DNA of 64,000 nt from Candidatus Bathyarchaeota archaeon (GTDB taxonomy: Archaea > Thermoproteota > Bathyarchaeia > Bathyarchaeales > Bathycorpusculaceae), in the NCBI GenBank assembly GCA_963777155.1, contig CAVZPM010000038.1, positions 95,537 through 159,536 on the forward strand, read 5' to 3'. The notes below the pieces were generated by a model that did not search any database, had not been told where the DNA came from, and saw only the letters and a list, made by a program, of their open reading frames with translations. Shown piece by piece: positions 41,121-51,309 of the stretch (positions are counted from its first letter, which is position 1; each line of letters opens with the position of its first letter). The translations under genes were made by a program, and so were the position numbers.

Positions 41121-42416
41121 TTGAGGATGAGTAGTTCCAGAAGAAGTAGAAAATTTCTGATTCCAGCCTTCTTGATAGCGATTTTAGCGGTTTCGATGTT
41201 GGCAGTCTACATGTCGCAGTTGAACAGTACAGGCCAAACTAAAGTTGACCCTAATGTTTATGTGGGCATTGCTTTTGGAGGAAACACCACGCAACAGGCC
41301 GAAGCTCTCATCGACAAAGTAAAGGGCTACACTAACCTGTTCATTTTGGATGTTGGTAGAAACCCAATTAGTGAAAACCAAACCAAAGTAGAGGAAATCT
41401 GTGACTATGCTGTTTCTCAAAATTTGAGCGTGATAATAAATTTGGGAATCAAGGATGCAGGCAACTCTTCATCTTGGGGTTGGTTCTGGAATCAACCGTC
41501 ACTTGACGGCATCAAGCAGCGTTGGACCGATATGTGGGGAACCAAATTCTTAGGCATCTATTACAACGATGAACCAGGCGGAATCCAACTTGACGCCTCG
41601 TGGAGACGTTTCTATGAATACGTTGGGGAAAACCTGACTAAAGTTGACTTTCCCGCGGCTAAATCGCTCGAGGAAATTCGTCTGAAACTACTTGATTACA
41701 TCCAAAACGGAACTAAACCAGATGATTACGATTTAGAAGCCGATTTCTTCATACAAGAAGTCATTATGGGAGATCCCGGAATCGAAAACCTGACTGCGGC
41801 AAATATTACCTCTTTCACGTCGGATTACGGCTTGTACTGGTGGGATTACATGGGAGGCTACAACGTAATGTTTGCTGAGTTAGGTTGGAATGTGAGTGTA
41901 GCTGAACAGATAGCGCTGGTTAGGGGTGCGGCGAGGCTGCAGAACAAAGAGTGGGGCACCATGATCACTTGGAAATACGATGACCCTCCATACCTTGACG
42001 GCGGAGACCAAATCTACAGCCAAATGCTACAGTCGTATCAAGCGGGAGCAAAATACATCGCCGTATTCAACTACCCCTACAATGTCAGCGGCGCCTACGG
42101 CACTCTAACGGACGAACACTTTGAAGCGCTAGAAAAATTCTGGAACACCATAACCACTAAAAAACCTGTCGATCTTAGTAGCCCGCTTGCAGCTTTGGTG
42201 TTGCCTAAAAACTTCGGGTGGGGCTTACGCAATCCCAACGACACCATCTGGGGTTTTTGGACATCCGACAATCGAACAGAGCAGACCGCATACGTCACAG
42301 CTAGACTTTTAACGTACTACGACATCAGGCTCGATATAGTCTACGATGACCCCCTCTTCCCCATAGAACACGCCAACTACCAACACATCTACTACTGGAA
42401 CTCAACAACCCCCTAA
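41121..42416 (+). CDS. Secreted/anchored aromatic-rich protein, possibly glycoside-hydrolase-like barrel
   Basis: Signal anchor; GIYYNDEPGG, MFAELGWN; many W/Y and N-x-S/T sequons. Confidence 0.75.
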   Translation: MRMSSSRRSRKFLIPAFLIAILAVSMLAVYMSQLNSTGQTKVDPNVYVGIAFGGNTTQQAEALIDKVKGYTNLFILDVGRNPISENQTKVEEICDYAVSQNLSVIINLGIKDAGNSSSWGWFWNQPSLDGIKQRWTDMWGTKFLGIYYNDEPGGIQLDASWRRFYEYVGENLTKVDFPAAKSLEEIRLKLLDYIQNGTKPDDYDLEADFFIQEVIMGDPGIENLTAANITSFTSDYGLYWWDYMGGYNVMFAELGWNVSVAEQIALVRGAARLQNKEWGTMITWKYDDPPYLDGGDQIYSQMLQSYQAGAKYIAVFNYPYNVSGAYGTLTDEHFEALEKFWNTITTKKPVDLSSPLAALVLPKNFGWGLRNPNDTIWGFWTSDNRTEQTAYVTARLLTYYDIRLDIVYDDPLFPIEHANYQHIYYWNSTTP

Positions 42417-42474
42417 AACAAACATAAGTTCCTCCAAACAATAGTCTTTTTAGACGACCCGCAGATCTCTATTT

Positions 42475-42496
42475 ACGTTTTCTGAAAACGTTTTTT
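42475..42496 (+). terminator. Inverted repeat followed by T-run after the secreted protein gene
   Basis: ACGTTTTC-T-GAAAACGT then TTTTT. Confidence 0.35.
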
Positions 42497-42871
42497 CACC
42501 TATTATCTTAGGTTCACTATGACGGGTTAGATCAGAATCTCAGGCGCTTATCAGGATAGAGTGATTACGATAGAGAAAACACTTAAGATTCGAGTTATGA
42601 TCATTAAGGGTTTGCTGAGGCTCTGGAACCGAAATAGGAGAAAAGAGGAAATGCAAATAACCTCAATCGCTATCATCGCAGCTTTAAATGCACAATTAAT
42701 ATCCAGAGCCCTCTCAGCGCCATCATTTCTTCCTGAAATTTGACTATAAAAATGGAAAGAGGATGGTTATTCGGCATTCTATAGTCTTTTTCTAAGAAAT
42801 ACAATATCCAGTTTAAGGTTGGAAATGCTTAATTAAGAGCGCTTCTCATTTCTGGTACGGAAGGAATAAAC

Positions 42872-43246
42872 ATGAGTGACGAAATTTCGAAGTTACCGCC
42901 TAACGTTCAAGAAAGGCTTCTAAGATTACAACAACTCCAGCAGACTCTGCAGACAATTTTAGCTCAGAAACAGCAGGTTGAAATGGAGAAAACTGAAGTC
43001 GACCAAACCCTAGCTGAGCTGCAGAAAACAACAGACGACTCAGTCATCTACAAGGCAATCGGTTCACTGTTGGTTAAAGCAGAGAAACCAAAGGTAACTG
43101 AGGAACTTAACGAGCGCAAGTCGCTTCTGGACACAAGAAGCACAGTGATGGCACGCCAAGAAGAACGCATACGAAGCCAAGTCAAAGAAGCACAGACCAA
43201 ACTGCAAGAAGACCTAAGTCCAGTCTCTGGTCAACCCCTATCCTAA
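42872..43246 (+). CDS. pfdB: Prefoldin beta subunit
   Basis: Coiled coil - IYKAIGSLLVK hairpin - coiled coil. Confidence 0.95.
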   Translation: MSDEISKLPPNVQERLLRLQQLQQTLQTILAQKQQVEMEKTEVDQTLAELQKTTDDSVIYKAIGSLLVKAEKPKVTEELNERKSLLDTRSTVMARQEERIRSQVKEAQTKLQEDLSPVSGQPLS

Positions 43247-43260
43247 AAGGGGACTGATGC

Positions 43261-43551
43261 TTGATGGGTGAGCTCGGATTTCCAGAGCTAACCACCGAGC
43301 AAATTGAACTTTTATGTCAAACCGCTGAAGACGCAGCCAGAAAACATGTTCTATCCAAGGTCTCCAGCAAAGAAGTCGACCGCCTAGATATTAGCGTCGA
43401 AGCCGAAGGAACAAAACCGGTAAGCGTAACAGTTGAAATTAACCTTGCCCTGTCGCCCCAAACAAAAAACGTCGACGCACAAGCCCTAGTCAAAGAAGCA
43501 GCAAGCGAGGGGCAGAAGGCTGCTGAAAACTTTTTGAGAAAGATAAAATGA
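43261..43551 (+). CDS. DUF3194-like protein
   Basis: Position after pfdB; AEDAARKHVLSKVSSKEVDRLDISV. Confidence 0.7.
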   Translation: MMGELGFPELTTEQIELLCQTAEDAARKHVLSKVSSKEVDRLDISVEAEGTKPVSVTVEINLALSPQTKNVDAQALVKEAASEGQKAAENFLRKIK

Positions 43552-44543
43552 GCTTCAAAGAACTAATCCAGATTTTAGAGGAAAAGCAAGCATCGTTTGT
43601 TTTGTTGCTGTGCCATCGTAGCGCAGATGCGGATGCTATTTGTTCAGCTTACGCGTTGCAGGGTTTGCTTAAACGGTTTTTGCCAAACACTGTTTTTGAG
43701 ATTGGCTGTCCACAGGGCGTCAACAAACCCGCCAAACTCCTCTTTGAACATTTACCCATAACTGTTAACCTTAAACCCAACATCGAATCAGCCGAAGCCA
43801 TAGTGCTCCTGGACATGAACACTGTCGACCAACTAGACGAAGTTGCGGACACAATAAGAAAGTCACCTTCGCCGAAAATAATCATCGACCACCATGCACC
43901 AAGCCCAGAAACCTTGCAAACCTGCAAAGTCTGCTTGGTAGATGAGAAAGCAGCCGCTAACTGCGAACTAGTCTATCGGCTCTTTAGCCAAGCAGAAGTC
44001 GAGCCTAACCTCAACGAGGCAAAAGCACTGTTTGTCGGCATAGCCTTTGATACAAGGCATTTTGCACTAGCTAACTCGCCAACTTTTGAGATCCTTGCTA
44101 AACTGGTCGTTAAGGGAATAGATGCACAGAAGACACTAGCACTGTTTGCCCTACCAATTGACCCGTCCGAGCGAATGGCGAAGTTGAAGGCTTGCAAACG
44201 GGCAAAAGTCGTAAAGGTTGAAGGCTGGATCGTTGCGCTTTCCCATGTAAGTGCTTATCAGGCACCTGCGGCAAAAGCGCTGGTTGATTTAGGGGCACAT
44301 ATGTCAGTAGTTGCAGGCAAAAAGGAAGGAAAAGTAGAGTTAAGCCTCCGGTGCACGCGACAATTCAATGAGATTGCTGGAGTTCATTTGGGAGTAGACA
44401 TCGCAGCGCCGCTAGGCGAATATCTGCAAGGAGTCGGCGGAGGACACGCAATGGCTTCTGGCGTCAGCGGCAAAGGCGAAATCCAAGATGCACTCAAACA
44501 GTGCCTTGTGCTTTTGAAACAAAAGATAGCCAAAAATGCGTAG
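43548..44543 (+). CDS. DHH/DHHA1 phosphoesterase
   Basis: HRSADAD, IIDHH, GGGHAMASG. Confidence 0.92.
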   Translation: MSFKELIQILEEKQASFVLLLCHRSADADAICSAYALQGLLKRFLPNTVFEIGCPQGVNKPAKLLFEHLPITVNLKPNIESAEAIVLLDMNTVDQLDEVADTIRKSPSPKIIIDHHAPSPETLQTCKVCLVDEKAAANCELVYRLFSQAEVEPNLNEAKALFVGIAFDTRHFALANSPTFEILAKLVVKGIDAQKTLALFALPIDPSERMAKLKACKRAKVVKVEGWIVALSHVSAYQAPAAKALVDLGAHMSVVAGKKEGKVELSLRCTRQFNEIAGVHLGVDIAAPLGEYLQGVGGGHAMASGVSGKGEIQDALKQCLVLLKQKIAKNA

Positions 44544-44593
44544 CTACGCTTAAATGAGCAAACTGTAACGCTTAAGGTGAGCAGGCACAAAAA

Positions 44594-45439
44594 ATGGCTA
44601 TAATTGAAACAAAAAACCTCACTTACACCTATCCGGGCGCCACAAAACCGTCCATTGTGGATGTCTCCATTAAGGTGGAGAAGGGAGAATTTGTTTTAAT
44701 TACAGGCCCAAGCGGCTGCGGAAAAACAACTCTGTGCCGAACCTTCAATGGACTGGTCCCACATTTCTACCAAGGTGAATTGAAAGGTGAAATATCGGTC
44801 TCTGGAATCGACACACTCAAACACCACACATACGAGATGGCAAAACACGTAGGCCTAGTTTTCCAAAACCCAGAAAACCAGCTTTTCGCCCTATCCATCG
44901 AAAAAGACGTTGCGTTCGGCTTGGAAAACGTTGGAGTGCCCCGAGAAGAAATGCGAAGAAAAGTCGATTGGGCACTAAACCAAACAGGCATCTACGATAT
45001 ACGTGAACGCTCACCCCACGAAATCTCAGGCGGACAACAGCAGCGAGTGGCAATTGCGGCTGTTTTAGCAATGGAACCAGAAATAATCGTTTTAGATGAA
45101 CCAACATCATTTCTTGACCCGTTGAGCGCTGAAAAAATTTTTGAAGTGATCTACAAGTTAAACAAGGAGCAGGGAATCACTGTCATCCTTGTCGAGCACA
45201 GGTTGGATTTGACAGCCAAGTATGCTAATCACCTTATTGTTATGGATCGAGGCATGGTTCGTTATGAAGGTGACCCAAGACAAATCCTAAGCAACGAAGA
45301 AACGCGCCTAATTGGGGTTGGAATTCCAAAGGCAACGTTGCTCTATCAGATGCTTAAAAAAGAAGGTCTAAACCTGGGTGACAGAATCCCCCTGTCTTCT
45401 GAGGAACTAGCTGACCAACTGCTGGAGGCGCTGGGGTAG
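44594..45439 (+). CDS. ecfA1: ECF transporter ATPase A
   Basis: GPSGCGKTT, FQNPENQ, ISGGQQQR, LDEPT. Confidence 0.92.
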   Translation: MAIIETKNLTYTYPGATKPSIVDVSIKVEKGEFVLITGPSGCGKTTLCRTFNGLVPHFYQGELKGEISVSGIDTLKHHTYEMAKHVGLVFQNPENQLFALSIEKDVAFGLENVGVPREEMRRKVDWALNQTGIYDIRERSPHEISGGQQQRVAIAAVLAMEPEIIVLDEPTSFLDPLSAEKIFEVIYKLNKEQGITVILVEHRLDLTAKYANHLIVMDRGMVRYEGDPRQILSNEETRLIGVGIPKATLLYQMLKKEGLNLGDRIPLSSEELADQLLEALG

Positions 45440-45441
45440 CA

Positions 45442-46264
45442 ATGATTGAAGCAAAGGACATTCGCTATTCATACATTAACAAGGTTGAAGCCCTAAAAGG
45501 CGTCTCACTCAACTATAGACGACGGCGAATTCGTCGCCATCATGGGTCAGAACGGAGCAGGAAAATCAACCCTAGTTAAACACTTCAACGGTCTCCTCAA
45601 GCCATCCAAAGGGTCCGTGCTTGTGGACGGAGTCGAAACGACCAAGTCAAGCGTTGCAGCCCTAGCACGAAACGTAGGCTTCGTCTTCCAGAACCCCGAC
45701 CACCAACTCTTCAGCGAAACCGTCGAGGAAGAAATCGCTTTTGCCCTCAAAAACTTCGGTTTTACCCAAGAAGTCATCGAGCAACGAGTCACATGGGCAC
45801 TTAACCTTCTGTCGTTAACTCAGTACCGCAAAACCTCTCCTTTCCTGCTTAGTGGCGGCGAACGAAAAAGGGTGGCACTAGCTTCGGTTCTGGCTTGGGA
45901 CCCCAAAACACTGGTCTTAGATGAGCCAACAATTGGGCAGGACCATGAGCAGAAAGAGATCCTGCGTCAATTCATAATGCAGATGCAGACCCAGAAGAAA
46001 ACCGTGGTTATAGTCACGCATGATGTGGAGTTTGTGGCTGAATGTAACCCGCGTGTAGTTTTGATGAAGGACGGCAAAATTGTTGCTGATGGGGAGGGAA
46101 AAGAGATTCTTACCGACCCTGCAATGCTTGAGTTGTCATCTATTGTTTTGCCGCAGATAGCTCAGGTTTTCACCAAGCTTGCACCACTGGGTTTTCCCAA
46201 GGACGTAATTGATATTTACGAAGCCAAACAAATAATCCTAAAAGCCAAGGAGAGAGCTCGCTGA
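45442..46264 (+). CDS. ecfA2: ECF transporter ATPase A' (frameshift near 45511)
   Basis: MIEAKDIRYSY..., then GQNGAGKST, FQNPDHQ, LSGGERKR. Confidence 0.9.
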
Positions 46265-46265
46265 C

Positions 46266-47048
46266 ATGAGCATTTTTGACGGGTTAAGGTTCCGCAAAGT
46301 TTACTCTCCAATCCATAACCTAGACCCTAGAATCAAATTCGCATACGTCATCGGCATATTCGTAGTTGCAATTCTTTTCTACCAGATTATCCCCCTACTG
46401 ATTCTGTTCTTAATGCAGATTCCCTTCGTTTTGCTGGCACGTGTACAGAGGCAGTGGCTACGTTCTCTACGGGGAGCGGCGTTTCTGGCTACATTCATCT
46501 TTGTCGTTAACGTTGCAACGACCTATTTCACATCAGGCTACCATTTAACAGCCCTAAACGTGGAGAATGCAGGTGCAATGACCCTGCGGTTTGTTGTACT
46601 GGTTGAGTCATTCTCAGTCTTCTTCCTGACCACTTCACCAGATCACCTTGGCTTGGCACTGGAAGAGTCACGCGTCCCCTACGAGTTTGCCTTCGCGTTT
46701 ACGACTGCAGTTCGCTTCGTCCCAGTTTTGGCAGAAGAAGCCCAAACCATTATGGATGCACAGAAAGCAAGAGGCTTAGAGTTGGAGAAGGGCGGCTTGC
46801 TTAAACGCATCAGGAATTATGTGCCTGTGCTTATCCCATTGATAGTTAGCGCCATCCGCAGAAGTCTTGAGTTGGCCGAGGCAATGGAGTCACGCGCATG
46901 GGGAGCAACAAAGAAGCGCACCAACCTCTATGCATTAAAGCTGCATCGGGGAGACTTCGCTCTGCTGGGAATTACTGTCGGAATAATAGTTGCAGCCATC
47001 TACATCCACTTCTTTGTACATATACCAACCATAGCTCAGTTCTTCTGA
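46266..47048 (+). CDS. ecfT: ECF transporter T component
   Basis: LDPRIK, AQKARG, AMESRA. Confidence 0.93.
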   Translation: MSIFDGLRFRKVYSPIHNLDPRIKFAYVIGIFVVAILFYQIIPLLILFLMQIPFVLLARVQRQWLRSLRGAAFLATFIFVVNVATTYFTSGYHLTALNVENAGAMTLRFVVLVESFSVFFLTTSPDHLGLALEESRVPYEFAFAFTTAVRFVPVLAEEAQTIMDAQKARGLELEKGGLLKRIRNYVPVLIPLIVSAIRRSLELAEAMESRAWGATKKRTNLYALKLHRGDFALLGITVGIIVAAIYIHFFVHIPTIAQFF

Positions 47049-47148
47049 GAAGCAACCTCCCGCATCTGATGTGGAAGATAAGGAACATTAGTGGTAGAAA
47101 TTGTAATATATTTATGAATACTACATCACACAGTAACGGTGACTGAGT

Positions 47149-47347
47149 ATGGAAGGGTATGTGGACAGGATAATGAATAGACCGAGAAATTTTGGGCGGT
47201 AAACCAGTCATTAGAGGAACACGAATCCCCGTATACCTCATCATCGAACTTCTTGGCAACGGCTTGAAAGAAAAGGAAGTCCTGATGGAATATCCCACTC
47301 TTTGCGGAGAGGACATAAAAGCAGCGCTTCTTTACGCCTCAAAGTAA
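47149..47347 (+). CDS. DUF433 family putative antitoxin (one frameshift)
   Basis: ILGGKPVIRGTRIPVYLIIELLGNG...EYPTL..EDIKAALLY. Confidence 0.8.
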
Positions 47348-47442
47348 AAAGCAAGTTATTGATCGTTTCAAAGAACAAGATACGAATAATTACTTAATTT
47401 TGGAAAAAATGATGCACCAAACTAAAGGAGTAAACAGATTTT

Positions 47443-48318
47443 ATGACTGAGCGTACACGTTTTGGTCCTGCTGGCGTTCCGCCAATGTTTCGGTTAATGG
47501 GCGCAACTACGTCGGATGTGCCAAAGCTTCTGCATGAAGAGGGGCTTGACGCTTTTGAGTACCAAGCCTCACGTTGGGGAGCTAAACCGCAGATAAAACT
47601 GCAAGATGCCCAAAAACTAGGCGAAGAAGCCAGAAAAAACGATGTCAAACTCAGCATGCATGGCTCCTACTTCGTAAACCTGTCAGGCAAAAAAGAGGTT
47701 GTAGAAGCCAGCAAACAACGCCTAATCGCCTGCGCAACCGCCGCTGACTGGATGGGCGCCTACGTCGTGGTCTTCCACACGGGCTTCTACGGCAAATTCG
47801 AAAAAGACTACGCCTTTAAAACCTGCCTCACCGCCCTAAAAGAAATCAGCGCTGAAATCAAAAGTCTAGGCTTAAAAGTTAAGCTTGGACCCGAAACCAT
47901 GGGAAGAAAATTCCAAGTCGGCACATTAGAAGAAATCATCACAATTAACCAAGAGGTCGAAGGCACCCAACTTGTCATCGACTGGGGACATCTCCACGCC
48001 CTGCACCAGGGCACGCTAAAAAAAGTTGAAGACTTTCGAGCGATTGCTGAGAAAGTTGAGGAAAAATTGGGCACTCAAACTCTTCGAAGTATGCATTGCC
48101 ACTTCTCAAAAATCGAGTTTTCAAGCCAAGGCGAAAAACGCCACCATACCCTCGATGAAGAAAAGTACGGTCCAGAGTTTCGCATGTTAGCTGAGGTAAT
48201 TGTCGATTTTGGCTTGCATCCCACGATTATATGCGAAACGCCAATCCTTGATGTGGATGCAAGAAAAATGCAGGCGACACTAAAAGAGGTCTTGAGCTGC
48301 CAAGCAACCGAAAGCTGA
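47443..48318 (+). CDS. nfo: Endonuclease IV-like TIM-barrel nuclease
   Basis: SMHGSYFVNL, VFHTG, GPETMG, DWGH, HCHFS, ICETP. Confidence 0.88.
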   Translation: MTERTRFGPAGVPPMFRLMGATTSDVPKLLHEEGLDAFEYQASRWGAKPQIKLQDAQKLGEEARKNDVKLSMHGSYFVNLSGKKEVVEASKQRLIACATAADWMGAYVVVFHTGFYGKFEKDYAFKTCLTALKEISAEIKSLGLKVKLGPETMGRKFQVGTLEEIITINQEVEGTQLVIDWGHLHALHQGTLKKVEDFRAIAEKVEEKLGTQTLRSMHCHFSKIEFSSQGEKRHHTLDEEKYGPEFRMLAEVIVDFGLHPTIICETPILDVDARKMQATLKEVLSCQATES

Positions 48319-48327
48319 ACTGTAAAG

Positions 48328-48694
48328 TCAATCTTCACTTTGGTCTTCTTTGACTCGGAACTTCACGATTTCCTTGATAAGCCCAATTGGCATTGGTTTG
48401 TCCAGAGGAAACCTGATTGTGCCTTTGCTTGTTTGGTAGCCGGACGAGTTGTTCTTTGAAGGCTTCCATGGCTGAGACTTTGGGGAAGAACCCAATGTGG
48501 TTCTTGAATGCTGCAAACCAAACCAAGATGCCTTTTTGTTTGAAGGCGGGCATGCTGTAGCTGATGACCTCTTGGGCTTGTGGCGCAACGTCTTTAATGG
48601 CTTGCCTTACCTGTTGTAAAGTAGCTTGAATGTTTTGTGGAAAAGAGGCGATGTACTCGTCTGTTGTTTTGAACCCTTTCTTGGGAGGTGTCAT
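48328..48694 (-). CDS. DUF1801/YdhG-like protein (one frameshift)
   Basis: DEYIASFP, EVISYSMPAF, FAAFKNHIGFFP, SKGTIRFPLDKPMP. Confidence 0.85.
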
Positions 48695-48816
48695 AACCTT
48701 CCTTGAGTTGTTAGCTACTTATTTTGGTTGCGTATAAGTAGAGTTAACTGAAATAAACGAATTTTTGACATCCACAAGTACAGTCTAAAATTGCTACAAC
48801 CAGTTGGTTCTTGGTT

Positions 48817-49428
48817 CTAAGGTTTCTTAGACAGCAATCGTTCTGCTAGTTGCAACTCTGGCACTGTGTTGATGTTTACTGCGAGTTCTTGGTGGTTTAA
48901 TAGGTAGATGTCTTGGTCGAGCCATTCGTCGCCGTACCGTTTGCTGCCGTCGATGACGTTTATGCCCACTGGAACCACATCAATATCGCCGAGCTTGAAA
49001 GAGTATTCAATGCACATTCCCAACTTTGTCTTGGTTTCCACCGGAACCGCCACAGTCAAAGCGGGTTTGCCACAGCGCTCATACCGTTCCACTACAGCAT
49101 CTATCATTTCGCCCTTCACCAGCGGAAGGTCAGCTGCAATAGCTAAGAAAACACCGAGTTTGAGGGTTTGGACAACGTATCCCATGTCGGAAACGTAGTC
49201 TTTGCCTGGAGTTTCGATGACTTCAACGCCGAGTTGATGCATTAGACTTGTGGTTTTGGGAGTGCAATTGCTTGTGGCAACGATTACTCGGTCGATTTTC
49301 TTGGCGTCTCTGAGCGCTAAGAGCACATATTGAATGACGGGTTTGCCGCAGACTTCAACGAGGGGCTTTTCCTGCGCCAGCTTCATACGCGTACCCTTTC
49401 CGCCAGCCATAACAAGTGCCACTACCAT
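48817..49428 (-). CDS. cobY: Adenosylcobinamide-phosphate guanylyltransferase
   Basis: ALVMAGGKGTRM, EKPL, ADLPL, NINT; start overlaps the cobS stop. Confidence 0.88.
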   Translation of the reverse strand: MVVALVMAGGKGTRMKLAQEKPLVEVCGKPVIQYVLLALRDAKKIDRVIVATSNCTPKTTSLMHQLGVEVIETPGKDYVSDMGYVVQTLKLGVFLAIAADLPLVKGEMIDAVVERYERCGKPALTVAVPVETKTKLGMCIEYSFKLGDIDVVPVGINVIDGSKRYGDEWLDQDIYLLNHQELAVNINTVPELQLAERLLSKKP

Positions 49429-50202
49429 CAAATCACCGCCAACAAAACAACCACACAAACCAGCCTTGTCAGCTCGTTTGTGGCGCCGAACACGTCGCCC
49501 GTGACGCCGTTGAAGTGCTTGTGGGCAACGGCAACCATGACTAAACCTGTGATTAAACCTGCCACCACTACGAAGATACCAGTCAAACCGAGTAGCGGTA
49601 CAGCAATTGCAAAAGAGATTACTAACGCTACAGCCAATCGGAGGTTGCCTTCTGTTCCATGCATGGCTTCCAGAAACGGCGAGTTCATGCCTTGATGCAC
49701 TGATTTGCCTGCCCAAGCAGCCACAACCATCGACAACTTCGCGCACAACTCGACTACGATCAAGGCAGGAACAACCAAGGGAACAGCAAAATTCCCGAAA
49801 GACACATTCCTTCCGAGTTCACCAAAAGCTAAAGCTGTAACTAAATAAGTTATCAAAACCAAGCCGATAGCCCCTGCACCCGTGAACCGGTCATGCATTA
49901 CCTCAATTTTACGTTCAAACGTACCGTGTGCCATGACTCCGTCGCCGAAATCCAGCAACCCATCCATGTGATGCAGACCAGTCATCCACAAAAGTACAGC
50001 CAGAACCAAAGCGCCTGCCACGATGCCAGGCAGAAAATGGTAAGTCACCCAACCAAACAACCCCGCCAACAAACCAAGTAATGCACCGATGAGAGGGAAA
50101 AGCCCACATGTTGCGGGCGCAATCAGTAAGCAAGTCCTTGTCCATAGGAACTGGGAAAACGGTTAAGAAAGAAAGAAGGTTTTTTAGCTGTTTAACGACC
50201 AA
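49428..50202 (-). CDS. cobS: Cobalamin synthase (one frameshift near 50095)
   Basis: LSFLTVFP, TGLHHMDGLLDFGDG, MHD..TGAG, GVTGDVFGA. Confidence 0.9.
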
Positions 50203-50209
50203 GCGCGCT

Positions 50210-51298
50210 TCACTTTATGTTCATCAGTGAAGCATAGTTACGCTCTATTTCCTTAAGAAGTATATCCTTGGTAACTGCGCCACCCGTCTTAGCCATCGCC
50301 GCAATCGAGGCTCCGCCTGCACCAACGCCTTCTTTGACAAGCCCAGTTTCATAGATCCGCAAGCCAGGATACTTTGAGGAACCAAAATCCAAGTCAGCCG
50401 CTATCACGGGCACTTGACAGAACTGTTTAACAATACCGCAGATGTCGGACTTGACGTCCTTTGCAACCCATCTGGTAGTGCCCACTGCAACGTTACAAAG
50501 TGATTCAGGGTTAAGGGCATTAATCACCGCCAAAACCGCAGTCATCTGGGTTCCGCCAGCCATCAAAACAGGTCCCTGCCTGGCGCCACCGATAACTAAC
50601 CCCGCCATAGCCGCCATCATTGGGTCACCCACACAAGAGACAGCTTTAAGGGGGTTGCCTTTTAGGCTACCGAATTTTTCGCCTGCCGCCTTCAATCCAG
50701 CTGCAACCACTTCTGCCTTCAAACTATGAGGATTCTCAGGCAGAGTGCTACTAACTTTGCCCTGAGCGTTAATGCCTAAAGCCGACAGAACACCGAGGGC
50801 TGTTGTGGTTCCGCCTGGAATGCTCTCACCTATAACAAGATAATCGGCCACTTTCGCTAGTTGTTCACCTAAAACCTTGCCACGCTCGATAACTTCCTCA
50901 ACATTGTCAACAGAGTTGCCGGTACGGATGTCGCGTCCAGAGTTACCACCTAAGTCAACGTAAGGAATCTGGGGCTTAACCTTCACGCCGCCGTTGACAA
51001 CCAACACTGGTATGTCGGCTAAATGCAATGCCGAGGTGGTTATCAAGCCTGGTGTCGGAATGCCGTCAGGAGTAATGGGGACCCCTTGTATGGATTTGCA
51101 CTTGCCCAACAGCAACAGTTCCGCGTCTGCTGGAGGAGTGAAATCGGTAAAATCTGGGTTTGCACCAGCGGCCGACAAACCGGGGATTTTCCCAGTTTCA
51201 GTTGTGGCAATTGTGCAGATGAAAAGAGGATTTTTGGCCTCTATCTCGTCTAGGAATGCTTTTGCTTTCAACTCGTTATTCGCAATTAGGACATCCAT
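50210..51298 (-). CDS. cobT: Archaeal nicotinate-nucleotide:DMB phosphoribosyltransferase
   Basis: GESIPGGTTTA, MAGGTQM, VKEGVGAGG. Confidence 0.92.
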   Translation of the reverse strand: MDVLIANNELKAKAFLDEIEAKNPLFICTIATTETGKIPGLSAAGANPDFTDFTPPADAELLLLGKCKSIQGVPITPDGIPTPGLITTSALHLADIPVLVVNGGVKVKPQIPYVDLGGNSGRDIRTGNSVDNVEEVIERGKVLGEQLAKVADYLVIGESIPGGTTTALGVLSALGINAQGKVSSTLPENPHSLKAEVVAAGLKAAGEKFGSLKGNPLKAVSCVGDPMMAAMAGLVIGGARQGPVLMAGGTQMTAVLAVINALNPESLCNVAVGTTRWVAKDVKSDICGIVKQFCQVPVIAADLDFGSSKYPGLRIYETGLVKEGVGAGGASIAAMAKTGGAVTKDILLKEIERNYASLMNIK

Positions 51299-51309
51299 CT
51301 TAGTTCCCT

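Noticed and set aside
42561-42743. 60-aa ORF in the gap before pfdB
   Set aside because: No recognisable features on either strand; no tRNA-like fold in the gap
44594-47048. ECF module as a dedicated B12 importer
   Set aside because: No S component adjacent; looks like a shared housekeeping module despite proximity to cob genes
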